From Selaginella moellendorffii (lineage: Eukaryota > Plantae > Lycopodiophyta): a stretch of DNA of 64,000 bases. The stretch is taken from positions 310,001-374,000 of the forward strand of contig NW_003314270.1 in the NCBI RefSeq assembly GCF_000143415.4. Reading direction: 5' to 3'. The translations under genes were made by a program, and so were the position numbers. This document shows positions 12,276 through 25,000 of this stretch, one piece after another; within the stretch, counting starts at the first letter, position 1, and each line of letters opens with the position of its first letter. The notes under the pieces were generated by a model. It did no database searches. It saw nothing but the letters and a program-made list of their open reading frames with translations, and was not told where the DNA came from.

Positions 12276-13070
12276 CAAGCGATCTCGTTGTACTGTTGGC
12301 GTCTGGAACTCTCGTCCTTCTGTAGATAATTCTTCTCTGCAGCAGCTAAAAAGAAGTGAGCTCTTCCTGCTGGACCGACACAGCCAAAGAGAAACCTATG
12401 AAACTCACCGAGAAGAGCGACATCCACAACAAAGAAAGCTCTGTGCCGCCTCAAACTTCTTCCAGCCCGAGCTCTGCTCCTCTCCCACATTCCCTGGCTG
12501 CCGTAGATGCGGACTTTCAATTTCTGGAACGTCCAGCTTAACCAGGGCCTCAAACGCGAGCTCTTTCCTTTCTCTACGTTCTCTCACTTCCGGCAAGAGC
12601 TTTAAACTGTCCTCCATGTCACTGAGTCCGCTAACTTGCGTCTAGTTCGTTTGCTCTGGCCAAGATATCCCAACCATCAGTAACAAGTAAAAGTGACCGC
12701 ATTTTGTTGCAAACCTTTGCATCGCATCTTCTGGAAAGGACGAAGGCATCCTTTGCGTCCCTTGCGAAGTGTATCCAGATATCATCGAAGTCCAAAGTGT
12801 GTCAATGAAGAGCTGAGCGTCGTCCAGTTGGCTAGAACAGCAAAACCCGTGTAGATGTCCTCGAAGAGATCCAAGGCCACCTTGCCTTCACTGCTTTCAG
12901 CGTAAGAACGACGAAGGACTCCCAATTGAGACCACATTTAGCAGCTTCGGCGTGCATTATCCTCTCCAGTCAGCGATCTTTTGCTTCTCTTTTTGCCCGA
13001 AAGTCGCACAGCCTCCTCTTTTGATGCAGACTTGTGCAAGCCTTCACTGCAGCAACGTAGGTTCGAGCGC
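12272..13070 (-). pseudogene. Deletion-riddled copy of the DYW-PPR gene (source about 26234-27551)
   Basis: More than ten collinear blocks match the source, e.g. cagcagctaaaaagaagtgagctcttcc, cacttccggcaagagctt, gcgtctagttcgtttgctctggccaagatatcc, tttgcccgaaagtcgcacagcctcctcttttgatg. Confidence 0.9.
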
Positions 13071-13400
13071 AGTGTGCAAGTGCTTTGAAAGACTCAAATG
13101 TTCTTTGATTACAAGATGACGATTCCTGGGAATAAGTACACGTCAGGTAAGCCGTGTCATTAGAGTTGAAACCATTACCTCAGTTGATCAAGCGCTTGCC
13201 TCTCCGTACTAGGATGTTGTTTTCCAGGAGGCACAGGTAGCTTCAAGTGCCTGTAGAGAAGGTCTGCAAAGTCTGCAAGTAAAACTGCCATGAATTGTGC
13301 TTTCAGTTTGCCTCGAGAAGAGGACGAGCAATAAATCAGGACGTCAGAGTTACACCAATGGGACATTTTTCCATGTCCGAGACAGCACTCTCACCTGGAA
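13071..13400 (-). pseudogene. Copy of Pol theta exon-intron-exon segment (copy gamma; source about 20410-20790)
   Basis: gtgtgcaagtgctttgaaagactc...tagagttgaaaccattacctcagttgatcaagcgcttg; encodes [29 protein letters not shown] and keeps intron sequence. Confidence 0.9.
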
Positions 13401-13481
13401 AGGTGATCTTAAGAAGGATTGCAAATGTACTTGGAATACCTTGCAGCTTAAAATTGTTGCCATCGTCTTGAGGAGCGACTG

Positions 13482-15280
13482 CTACTCCCACGCGCATGGC
13501 CTTTCGGACTGCCACCCGTACACTAAGTTGCACCAGTGGTTGCTGAATCCAGTGTAGGGATCTTCCATGGCAACACTTGTTTGCCAGGATCGCCACAGAA
13601 TGCCGCAGGTGGGCCGGGGCACAAGCTGCAGGGGTGGCAGCTTGACGCGTCCTGGGAATTCCTTTGGAAGCTCCTGAAGCAACGGAGGGATCTCGGGGTT
13701 CACATCCTCTCTAATGTAGAAGCCCCTCAACTCCAGAGTGGTGCCGCTGCTTCTCCTCAGCAGCTCGCGGATGACCTCCAGTTCGGGACCTTCACTTTCC
13801 CAGACGTGCGTGACGCAGAAGTACTCCACAATGACTGTCAAGGGGGTGGTGCAGTTTGCAACGTTGAGCAACTGCATTCAGTCACCACGTACACACAAAT
13901 CACGAGGAGAAGAGAACAATTACCAAAACGCTAACCTTGATGCTTTTGAAACTGATGATGAACATCTCAAGGCCCTGGAAAGGCTCCAGCAATGCAGCAA
14001 GATCGATAGAAAACAGTGGAATGCCATCGTCAAAAACGGAATAGCAGAACGTCTTGATCCCGCGTAGGCTCGACTTCCTGCAAGCGAAGTACCTCGCCAC
14101 CTTGTCCATAACTTGAGCGGAGCTGTAGAACGGGTTGATGAACGCAAGCTTTGTGAGCCTCGAGTAGCGCAGCCCCTGGATTCCACCCATGATTCCAGTC
14201 ATCCGGATCCAGTCTATGTTGCACGTAGCAGGCAGCAGCACGATGCGCGGGGCGACAAGGAACATCCACCGGAGCTTCGGCGCGTCGAGGACAATGGTGA
14301 CGTTGTCGAGGCCGCCATCAAAGTAACCTTCGGACTGGCAGCTGACAAGAGTGCGGCTCTTGAGCACGTAGGTCCCTGCATGAACCACACTCACGAGAAT
14401 CAGGATCGAGCGTGGAACAAATGCCGAGACTGGGCAAACACTATGGCTTTTACGTACCCGGGGATCTCACCAATAGCCCGTTCATGCGCACCACAAGGAG
14501 CGAGGGGCAGAGGTCGAGCAGCTGCTGAAGGGAAGTCACGTCCACCTTTGTGCGGAGGGTGAGGAAGAGGAGATTGGGCAGCAGCGGTGAAGGCAAAGTT
14601 GCATCGCCCAGCTTGGCGAGTTGCTTGCCATGGACGTGGAGGCAGCGGAGCTCCTGGCAGGCCGAGACGTTGGACCAGAAGCCATCGAACTTGTGCTGCG
14701 AGCTGGTGCTCGAGATGCTCAACGAGTGGAGACTTTTCCCGACCTGGTGCAGCCAGCGAGTGGAGCTGCAGTACGGCTGGTGCTGGAAGAAGCTCTGGAT
14801 CGATAGCTGGCGGAGGCTGTTGTGATGACCAAACCAGCGCGCGAGGCCTTGCTCCACGCCAGGACTGCTCGAGTCGAGGCAAAGATGCGTGACGAGGCGT
14901 GCCAGTCGCGCCCACCTCTTGCTTACCAGGGAAGAGGAATGCAAGTCGCGGGAGGAGGGGAGGAGGGACATGATCCGGATGAGCAGCTCATCCGGAACAT
15001 CGTCACAACAGCGCCGCCTCCACATCCAAACCCTAGAAGACGGAGCTTTTGGTTCAAGCCTCCTCGTCGTTTTCCTGGAGGAGGAATCAAACCAAGCGTG
15101 CGATATTCTTCGTGAGAACCAGTTCTTCACGCAGCGAGTGGTCCCAGACTTCCACTCCACCCTTCGACTTCGCCGCTGCTCGCAGCACAGTGAAAGTGGC
15201 GGATCTCGCAAATTCCTCAATGCCGCGAAGCTCCAAGAACTTTGATGCCTCCTCCATGCTTTCTTTTTAATCTCGATCAT
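13482..15280 (-). CDS. F-box/LRR-like protein, copy 2 (exons 15280 or 15025-14458, 14375-13936, 13871-13482)
   Basis: Near-identical inverted copy of 5180-6712 with the same splice sites and open frames; the N-terminal extension differs. Confidence 0.85.
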
Positions 15281-15519
15281 CGATTGGCGCGCTCAAAGAT
15301 TTCTCATCCGTACGCGACTTCTCTTCTCCGGCAGCGAAATCGTGGAGCTCGATTCCTTCCAGCTCGCGATAGCTAAGAACAAGAACCCTAAAAGTTTGTA
15401 GATGCCCGAGAGAATCTTCTAGGGCATATTCAACCGTCGTTCATGGGAGGCTCCTAGGTCTTGCAATTCCCTGGCCGAGGTTCATCAAATTCACACCCAG
15501 ATCCGTCGCGATGGCCTCG

Positions 15520-16720
15520 AAGTCGATCCCTACACCTGAAGTGTGATGATCCAGGCGTATGGGCGATGCGGCAGCCCGATTGATCTTCGATGCGATGCAG
15601 AGAAGGGACAAATTCTCCTGGGACTCGATCCTCACGGCCTACACCCACAATGGGCACCTGGAAGACGCCTGGGCGATCTACACCGCCATGGAGGAATGGA
15701 AGCTCGTAGCGATGAATGCGATGCTAGCAGCCACGGTGCGAAGCAATTCTTCGATTCGATGCCCGAGAGGGATCTTATCTCCTGGACGCTGCTGCTCAAT
15801 GCACTGACGCGATTGGGGCTCTTGGACGAGGCCCAGGAGCTCTTCGATCGATTTCGTGCTGATACCCGCGTGGCGGGCGGCTGGCGCGCACAAAATCGCT
15901 GTTCGATGCGATGCCGAGCGCGATCTGTCGGGGAATCTCCAGGAAGCTAAAGAGCAATTTGATTCCAGGAACGGAGGAACGGGTGATCGGGACATTCTAA
16001 AGATGCCAAAAGAATATTCTATGCCAACGACGATAGCGGCAAGTGGAGAAAACAGAGTTCTTTGAGAGTGGTATCTTAAACACAGTAATCTCAGATGGGA
16101 GAATATTCTATAATTTTGTCGAGTGTGATGCTATGCCGAAGCCGAAGTTAAATTTGATTCTATGCAAGAAAAAGACCTTATTTCTTGCAATATAATGTGC
16201 ACAACATGGATATCTCAGAGGAAGCGAAAAATCTCATAGACTGCCTTGCTTAGTATTGTATGTGCCAAAAATGGTCATCTGGGATAGAGCCAAAAGAACA
16301 TTTCAACGCTTGCCAAGCCAAGATGTAATCCTTTGGAACTCAATTATTGGTGGCTTCGCACAAAATGTAGAGTCAAGGAGCTCCTTTACGAGATGAACCT
16401 TGTGGAAACACTGGACGATGTCACATTTTGGTGTGTTCTCCTGGCATGGTCACACAAAGGAGAGGTGTTCCATGGAAGAAGCTTGTTTCGATCGATTCAC
16501 TTTGATTTTGAAATGGCCCACAAGAAGCATCATTATATCTGCTTGCTGGGATTGTTAAGCCGAGCTGGTTACTTGAACAAGGCTGAAGAACTCATAGCCA
16601 CCGTGCCATTTGCGGCCGGGAATTTAGACTGTGTAGGAGAGGCGAGGAAGTTTTGTGGGTCAAAACGTCTTGGGCTTGGATTCGTTGAATGGTTCTGCTT
16701 ATGTGTTGACCTATTACTTG
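15520..16720 (+). pseudogene. PLS/E-type PPR pseudogene (B), inverted homologue of 11140-12275
   Basis: ARLIFDAMQRRDKFSWDSILTAYTHNGHLEDA, FFDSMPERDLISWTLLL and YEMNLVETLDDVTFWCVLLAWSHKGEV lie in different frames; 15868-16720 is homologous to the reverse complement of 11160-12275. Confidence 0.85.
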
Positions 16721-16979
16721 CACTGCCATGTCGGCAAAAATTACACTACTATCTAAATAATGCGTTATATTGATGTAGCAGCCAAATATTTGGTGAAGAA
16801 CAAAGAAAAATAAAAAATGTGAGCATATGCATATATTTCAAGTACACATGCATATATTTCAAACCAGTATGGTAGAATTTGATATATCACCTAATGTAGG
16901 ATTTGATTACAATCTTGAAATATTGGTAGCATTATATTATTTAAAGAATTTAATCTTACTGGAATTCTTTGTTAAATCA

Positions 16980-17948
16980 ATGAGACTTTCCTATTTTCTA
17001 ATAGCTCTTCTCATCCTAGTAGTATGTTGTGAGTGCTATAGAAAGAGTGTTCACTTTGTTCTTGTCCATGGAGCTGGACATGGTGCATGGTGCTGGTATA
17101 AGGTATCCTCCCGACTCAGGCAAATGGGCCACTATGTGGATTCAATTGATCTCACTAGTGCTGGAATTAATAGTCAAGATGCTACAACTGTTGGAACATT
17201 GGAGAACTACACAACTCCCTTGACACAACTTATTCAATCTTTGTCCCCTGATGACAAGGTTATAATGTTTCTGGCTTCTGTTGTTTGATGTTATATTCTT
17301 TGAAAAACTTCAGGTTGTGCTAGTTGGGCACAGTTTGGGGGGACTGAGTGTTACTTATATATTAGAGAAGTTCCCTGAGAAGATCATGGCTGGGGTTTAT
17401 TTAGCAGCTGTGATGCTACCTTCGGGCCCAGACGGTGGTGCCATTTTTTCACAGGTATACAAGATTTTAGATCTTTAAGCTTGGAGTTTTCTTTATAATT
17501 TTTTTCTGTTTTCAAGATTGTTGCAAATTTAATAGCCAGTGGCATCAGTTCTTTTGTCAATGGCTCAACAGCAGCAGCTTATTTCAAGCTGGATCAAGTT
17601 CAAAAGTACTTCTACAACATCTCCCCGCTAGAGGTAAAATTGGTTAAAGATGAATTGATTTTATATGTATTTGTTGCATAGAATGTGGAGCTGGCTAAAT
17701 CTTTGCTGAAGCCATGTCCTATATTTGATGGCACTGTGAATTTTACAAGCACTCGTTATGGCACTATTCCTCGTTATTTTATCAAAACATTGAGCAAGGA
17801 CAAATTATTCCTTAGTGCAAATCAAGAAGATCTTATCAGAAGGACTCCACCTAAAGAAGTGCTTAGTATTGACTCAGATCACTCGCCATTCTTTTCAAAG
17901 CATGACCAGCTTGTCCGCCAACTTTTAGAAATTGCTAAAGGATTATAA
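16980..17948 (+). CDS. MES: Methylesterase (MES/SABP2-like alpha/beta hydrolase) with N-terminal signal peptide; exons 16980-17258, 17314-17454, 17517-17633, 17682-17948
   Basis: HFVLVHGAGHGAWCWYK, nucleophile GHSLGG, acid near KDKLF, His in DSDHSPFFS; GT-AG introns splice in frame. Confidence 0.92.
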
Positions 17949-19065
17949 CAAAGAATTAGGGGGACATGCTTAATCTATTTTCATTTGTAACATTGAAAAA
18001 CTCCATATTGTTGTTGCTCACACCATAGGTGGCACTTCCAGAAGGGTTATAAAATTGACAAAATTCCAAAACATCTATTTAGGTGTAAGTTGTTTGTCCT
18101 CATTGATCCAGGGAACTTTCGTTGCAGCTATTCTCAAAGTTGCATTTCAACAATGCAATTACACACAAAAATTGACTTGAATAATTCATGCTAATGCCAA
18201 GATCAGTAGAATTGAGCAAATGAAACTAGAAACTTCTGCAGTACATTGCATGAGTGTATATAACTGAGTTGCAAGAAAGAGAAGATATAAAGCAGTGTCA
18301 TATGAGAATTAGGTGGTATACTGTATCAAATTCTAAGTTTGCTGCTTGGTTTATAGATTTGCCAACATATGAGTGTTATCTCCTTGGAGCAAGCATCTCC
18401 TTGAGCTCAATGCTCTTGAGCTGGTAATGAGTCTCTGTCTTAGCAAATTCATGTGGTACATGAGATGGTTTGATTGGTAGATCCTTCGGTACAATCAAAT
18501 CCATGCCAAGCAAGACCTTGCAAAAGATCATCATTATGGTTTTTCCAATTGAGAAATTATAGTAAATTGATGAATCTTAATTGTAATTACTTATAATAAA
18601 AACGTTTTTTCAATTTATAAGTTTTAAAATATATGTATAATACTTAATTAAAAGGTAGAGTATTTTAATTTTAGTGTACTCTTTCAACGAATACAAAAAT
18701 AGAATAAATATTATTAGGGTCCTTTGTAGTCATTTGTCGTTCACTGAAGTGCAAAGCAACTCAAATGGGGTCTGTCCCAAAATTTACAACACATCACGTC
18801 CATAGCCATACAGAACGTTCACATCAAAACCGAGCACTACTTTGTTCCAGCTTTGATAGAAATACTCTCCACAGGTTGATAGAGATACTCTCCGCACACC
18901 ATACTGCAGTCATGCAACATGAGAGAGGCAAAGTGTTATGAGGTAAGGAAACAAAATGAAAGAAAGAGGTGTTGCATGCGGAATTTAATTAAGGACCTAC
19001 GTGCTCGTTTCGGAAAACAAAATGCGCCATGTCATCAAAATAATTTATCAGTTTATCAAAACATT

Positions 19066-22000
19066 TTATATTGAAAGTGGGCTTAATTCTCCCCAAGAGG
19101 GACCAGACTGCACTTTCACAGTAAGTGGTACTGCAAGAACCAAAACCAAAAGTTTGTGAATCCATAGCTGTTCAAAGTTACCACTACCTGTTAAACTTGT
19201 TGCCCCTTCCATGCACGCTTTGACAATAGCAGCAGCATCCGTGGCTATGGCCTCCTCCACTTCCAGCAAAAGCTCGTCATGGATCTGTCATTCCATGCCA
19301 TGACTCCAAGGTAAAACCAAAAGAAAAGTACCTGAAGTAGTAATCTACATCGATTGTGGAGCATAGAGAAATGAATTGCTCTTGAGTTTCCCTGCGGGTC
19401 TGTGTATGCCAAAGTCTTATCGTTCTTTCCAACTAAAGCGGTGTGCAAATCGATCATTGCCATTTTTATAAGGTCTGCTGCCGATCCCTATTAGAAGAAA
19501 CGACTAGGGCCTTGGAGGTTAAAAGTTTTAATGAAGTTACCTGGCAAATGGAGTTCACTGCTTGTCTTTCAGCTTTGGCCTGGTCACCCCGTTTGGAATC
19601 ATTGATTTTCTCTAGATACCGTTTCCTACCTGCAAGCGTTTTTACGTATCTGGAATAAAAAAGGAAACACAGTAAGACTCAAAAACAACTTCAAAGTTTA
19701 CATAACATACCCGTTGCGACGACAGCCATCGACTGCTTGTTGGAGCCAAGCATTGACTCCAGGAAACGCTACCTTGAATTGTTCGTGATATCTGCTAGCC
19801 TCCCCAACGGTGCATTCCATCTTTTCAGCCAAGCTATTGATGCCCATCCCATACAGGATTCCATACACCATCCGTTTCGTTCTCTCTCGCTGTTTATCCG
19901 TCACAGAGGTTTCAGGCTGGCTGGTCCATTTCGCCGTCATCATTCGAAAGAGATCCCCAGTTGGCCTCCGAAGCAGCGAAAGCAGAGCTTCATCCCCAGA
20001 GAAGTGTGCCATTAATCGTAGCTCGATCTGAGAATAGTCAGCTGATAGGAAAACCCAGCCTTTCTGTACAAAATAAGATAAGCCATCGTTTCAGTGGGAA
20101 AACTTTGAGATAATACCTGCGTAGGAACAAAAAACTGTCGAGCATTGACTTCGACTTCTCTCGGTTTCCCAGTAGAATGCTCCTCAAGCAAAAAAGTTAT
20201 GGAATGCTCCACGCACTTCCTCACGATGTATAAAGTTTAGGAGAGGGATGAAAAAAAAAGTCAAATCTCTTACCTGAAGGTTGGGATCTTCCATAGACAG
20301 TCTGCCAGTACCTGTGGAGGTATGAAGCCACTGTCCGTTTATATACTGAATGACATTGTCTGCATCCTTCAAAGACTTGTCAGCAGTGGAAATTACAGCT
20401 CCAATCGTAGTGTGCAAGAGCTTTGAAAGACTCCGATGTTCTTTGATTAAGCTGACGACCGGATGTCGATCCCTGAAAAAAAGTAAAGTCAGGAAACCCG
20501 TGTAACTAGAGTTGAAACCATCACCTCAGTTGATCAAGGGCTTGCTTATCCGTACTAGGATGTTGTTTTCCCTTTGCACAGCCAGGAGGCACAGGTAGCT
20601 TCAAGTGCCTGTAGAGAAGGTCCGCAACGTCTGCCGGCAACGAAAGCGAGAAGTTCATTCCTGCCATGATTTGTGCCTTCGACTCGAGCTCTTTGAGTTT
20701 TGTCTCGAGAAGATGGCGAGCGGTAAAGCAGGACTTCATATTCACACCAATGGGACACTTTTCCATGTCCGACAGCACTCTCACCTGAAAAAGATCTGTT
20801 AGAAGGAAGCTTGGAATTCTCCGTAAGCTTACCATCGGCATCTCCAGCTGCATGAGTGGGTCATGGAGAGCTTCGGATAGCAATAATTTATACAGCACGG
20901 AATGCAGACCGCGGATTTGAGCGGCACGACGACAACAGCCATTGTGTGCTTCGTTTTTCATCTGGTTGGTCCATCTTCCTGCTCGGCTTGCAGCGGCAGC
21001 TACTTCACCAGGCAGACGCCTTTTCACTAGCTGTAAAACGAAACGGTGAGAACAGGCCCACACGAAAATAAGAATGCTAACCTGTTCTAGTGTCGAGGAT
21101 GGATTGTTTTCTTCATCTGGCCATAGTAACCAAGCAGCTATCCGGAAGTCAATATACGGCGCCTCCATTAGCAGTGGACTCAGAGGATTTAGTTTGCTTC
21201 CAGCCTGCTGGAAGAATTGTATTTCACCTCGTTCTTGAGAAAAAGCTGGAGTATCGAGGGCCTTCATCTGTCTTTTCAAGTCCCAACAAAACTTGTGCAC
21301 TCCCTTTCGAGAGAAAACTCTTGAAATCCTCCTCCAACTTTCTTCGACGACCCGAACGTAATATACTGGAGACTCTTGCCAGCAGACAGCAAATCCAAAT
21401 ATTTTGGAGAATGCACCTCGTTGGTCCTCAAAATGTAGATCGAAGAAGAAATCCTGAGACCCTTGCCAAGCCTGGAAAAAGGCTTCACGTGCAGTAGGTT
21501 CCAGTTTCTCGAAGTCTACAGGCCCGTTGTCTAAGACTTCACACTTTTGAATCTGTTGAACGGGCTGAGCGTTGATATCTTGTTTGATGAGGCTGCCTCC
21601 AAACGCATTGGAGCCATGGTTACCATTTTCTTGCATATTTACTGGTCGGTTTTCCTTGTCAGTGCTATGAACGTCGGCCTTGCCCTCGCCTTGCCTTGGA
21701 GATATGGCCATCTCGTCCGTCTCAGCCTCAGGCCTCTGAACTCTAGCATATAAAGACTGCGACAGCGAATGCGGAATCGTTGCTCCAAGAGCTTGAAAGG
21801 CCGAGAAAGCAGCTATTCGCGCCTCTTCTGCTCGATCCAGGACAATTCTCCTTGCTCCGTTTTTTATTTTCTTTGCCGCTGCAGCATACATCCACTGCTG
21901 CTTACCAGCATCTATTACAAAAAGCTTGTGAGTAAAAGCATCCGATATTTAAGATAAGCCAACCTGCATGTCCTTTGAATGAAGAATCGGACAGCGCGTT

Positions 22001-25000
22001 TGCAAGTTCAGGAATTGTAGCCTCAGCTACAGCTTCAACTGTTCGTAAGCCCGCTTTGTATAAAGCTCTAGCTCGTGCAGCCTGTGAAAACATAAAACAA
22101 AGGTAAAACAATGTTAATTTCTATCGTTGAAACCATACCTTCACGAAGGGAATTTCTGTGAGCCCCACAATCTCCGCTCTCACGCCGAAAGAGACGCGAT
22201 TCTGAAACTTCGATATTAATCCTTCCAAGTCATGCCATCCAAGTCTTTCACAAAACGTAGAGATCATAGCAGCAAATCGGCCAGAACTATCCTGAAGAGC
22301 TTGCACGGTGCCCCTCGGCACCTTGAACGTACTGCAGACGTCCATTAACGGCACTTCCTAGTGGCGAAACTTCAGTATTACGAAACAAAGGTCGACCATA
22401 CATACCTGAACAAGCTTGGACAATATAAGAGCCACAAAAAAGCGTCTGTACACACGCAAGTTTTGATCCGCCTCGCTAGCCTTCTCACTACCTTTTATAC
22501 TCCTTTTACGGCCCTGCATCGGTGCTCCATGAGCCATGCGCATCAGGGATGCCTCGGTCACCCCAACTCTGCTAGCAACTGCCTGTAAAATGCGAAAGCA
22601 TTACAGTGTATATTTCTAGCTTTCGTCTATAAGAACCTGATCGACATGGGACAATTCGACAAATCTTTGATAGTAAACTCCCCAGTCCGGTTCAAGCTCC
22701 ACGTGAATAGGAGTAACCTCGTAAACAAGGTGCAACTCTGACGCTAAAACAAAACTTTCACGGGCTTTAGCAAGATCCTCAAAGACAACCTGCATCCTCA
22801 TAATTAAAATTCGTCATTGCCAGAAAAAACGAGCGAGAACGTACCAAGCATTCCTCCGGGCTGAGCGAACTGCCAAACGCTGCTTTTCCTAATGGAGTTA
22901 TTTTGTAGATCTGTAACTCCTGATCCCACTCTATCAGTCGCTTGTGGCACAGCCATCTCAAAGAATCTTGAGCAGACTTCACGACGTCATCAAAAGGTTG
23001 TGTAGAGTTGAGAAGGGTACAGCGCACATAGCGGTTGACATCCTGTGCGCTTTGGACGATGCCACCAGCCACCACCTCCAAAAGAGCTCTCATCATTCCA
23101 TTCTTTTCCTCGGCGAGACATGACTGCAACGGTTGACAACCTTCTTTCAGAATGGGAAGAATCCTACTGAGCTCCTCACTTTTACAGATTAATATCTGCA
23201 AAACCAACAGTCGGAAAATTTCAGAATACATAAACGGGAGAAGTCTTACACTCTCGCCATGCGTGTCTATCCCTGCTCTTCCTGCTCTCCCAGCCATTTG
23301 CCTGTATCTCGTCCCATCCAAAAAGTCCCGCCCAATTTTGGGAGTCCGAAAGATTACTCTTCGAGCTGGAAGATTCACACCAGCAGCAAGTGTCGAGGTC
23401 GCTGTTAATACACGAACGATTCCTTGTCTGTAGCAAGTTTCTACAACTTCTCTTTCCTCGGCCTGTAAGATCAAAGTAGAATACAGAGGTTGAAAACTTC
23501 AGACAGAATTACCGTGAGACCCGCGTGATGGTAGGCGACACCAGCCGGCAGGGTATCTCCCAGCACAGGGTCCAAACCCGCGGGGCACTTACGCAATGTT
23601 TCAGCTGCTTCGGATCCATCTCTGTAGGTTGCTGCATTCCCTTGAGAAGACACTGAAAACTTTGGCAAATATTTTGCAACATGACGGGCAGTAGTTTCGC
23701 AGGCATGACGACTTGAACAAAACAAAAGCACAGAATGGCCTTTATTAACCACCTAGACAACAAAGAGCACAAACTGGAATCAGTAAGGCCTATGAAAGGG
23801 GTAAAACGCAGAAGTAACCTCATGGCACAGATGGACGATGTGATCTGGATCCTTGCCGCCAAGTTCAGAGCCTACTTTTAGAGCACGAACAGTATTCATA
23901 CTAGTATCGTAAATGGTGTTCCCGACTTTAATGTGTTCGTCTAAAGGAACCGGGCGAAAGTTAGTCTCATAAAATGCAGCCTGCAAAATATCATCATGGT
24001 CTATAAGACTTGAATAAAAGATTGCAATACCTGAAGCCATGATGCAACGGCTGCTACATTAGGCATCGTTGCACTCATTCCTATAATTTGTAAGCTCGTT
24101 GGGCCGTCGGGGCTGCTGTTTTCACAGTCACCTTTACCGACCGCATATCGTAGCTTGGTCAACAACAGTTCTAGCAAATAACCTCTTTCTTTATCTCCAA
24201 CCTGCACCAGACTGTTATAAGAAAGATATTGGGATGTCAGCATACATACCATATGAAGCTCATCTATAACTACAACTGCTAGTTCGGACAGCCGCCCATC
24301 CTCTACCAACTTATTGATGAGTGAGTTCGCTTTTTCGATGGTACAAACCGCAAGTGAAGTATCTGGAGGTAGCGTTTTACTCCCGTGAGTCCCAAAATAT
24401 CCACGGACACGCTTGCCAACATGTTCCAGTACCGCCTCTAAATGCTCTGTCTAGCAAAGCAAAAACCAGTTGACGTTTTGACAAAAGAAAACCAAGCGTA
24501 CCTTCTCAGAACACAACGCGACATATGGTAAAACCAGCATTGCCATTTTCCCTGTCGCCAGCACTCTTTTTAACATCAAGATTTCTGCAACAAGACTCTT
24601 TCCTGCACTGTCAAAAGTTTTCAGGATTACCATAAAAGAAAACTAAATAAGAAATCTCAAGTACCTTGTCGAGGCACAGTAAACAAGACTTTTACCATCC
24701 AAAACTCCATCAAGGCGTAGACAATCAACCTGTAGTTTCTTGTAAGTAGGCAGTAAAATCACAAACAGTTAGCATACCTGCCATTGATACAGTCTTCTAA
24801 CCCCCTTCCGAAAGTATCCTTCACATAATTCAGCCGGAAGCCAATCGGATAACTTCTCACCGGAGACTGAGGACGATGGATCGTTCACGATTGCCTTTCC
24901 TTCTTCAGTGGGAGCTGCAGCAGCTTCTTTGCCAACGTTGTCATGACTCGCAAAGTCGAAGCACACGACCGGTAGCGGAGAGTTCAATAAATTAGGACCG

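Noticed and set aside
18000-18560. Coding-like minus-strand patch and an 8-bp stem (tttgattg...caatcaaa)
   Set aside because: No sustained ORF, and the stem is too short to support a miRNA or transposon end.
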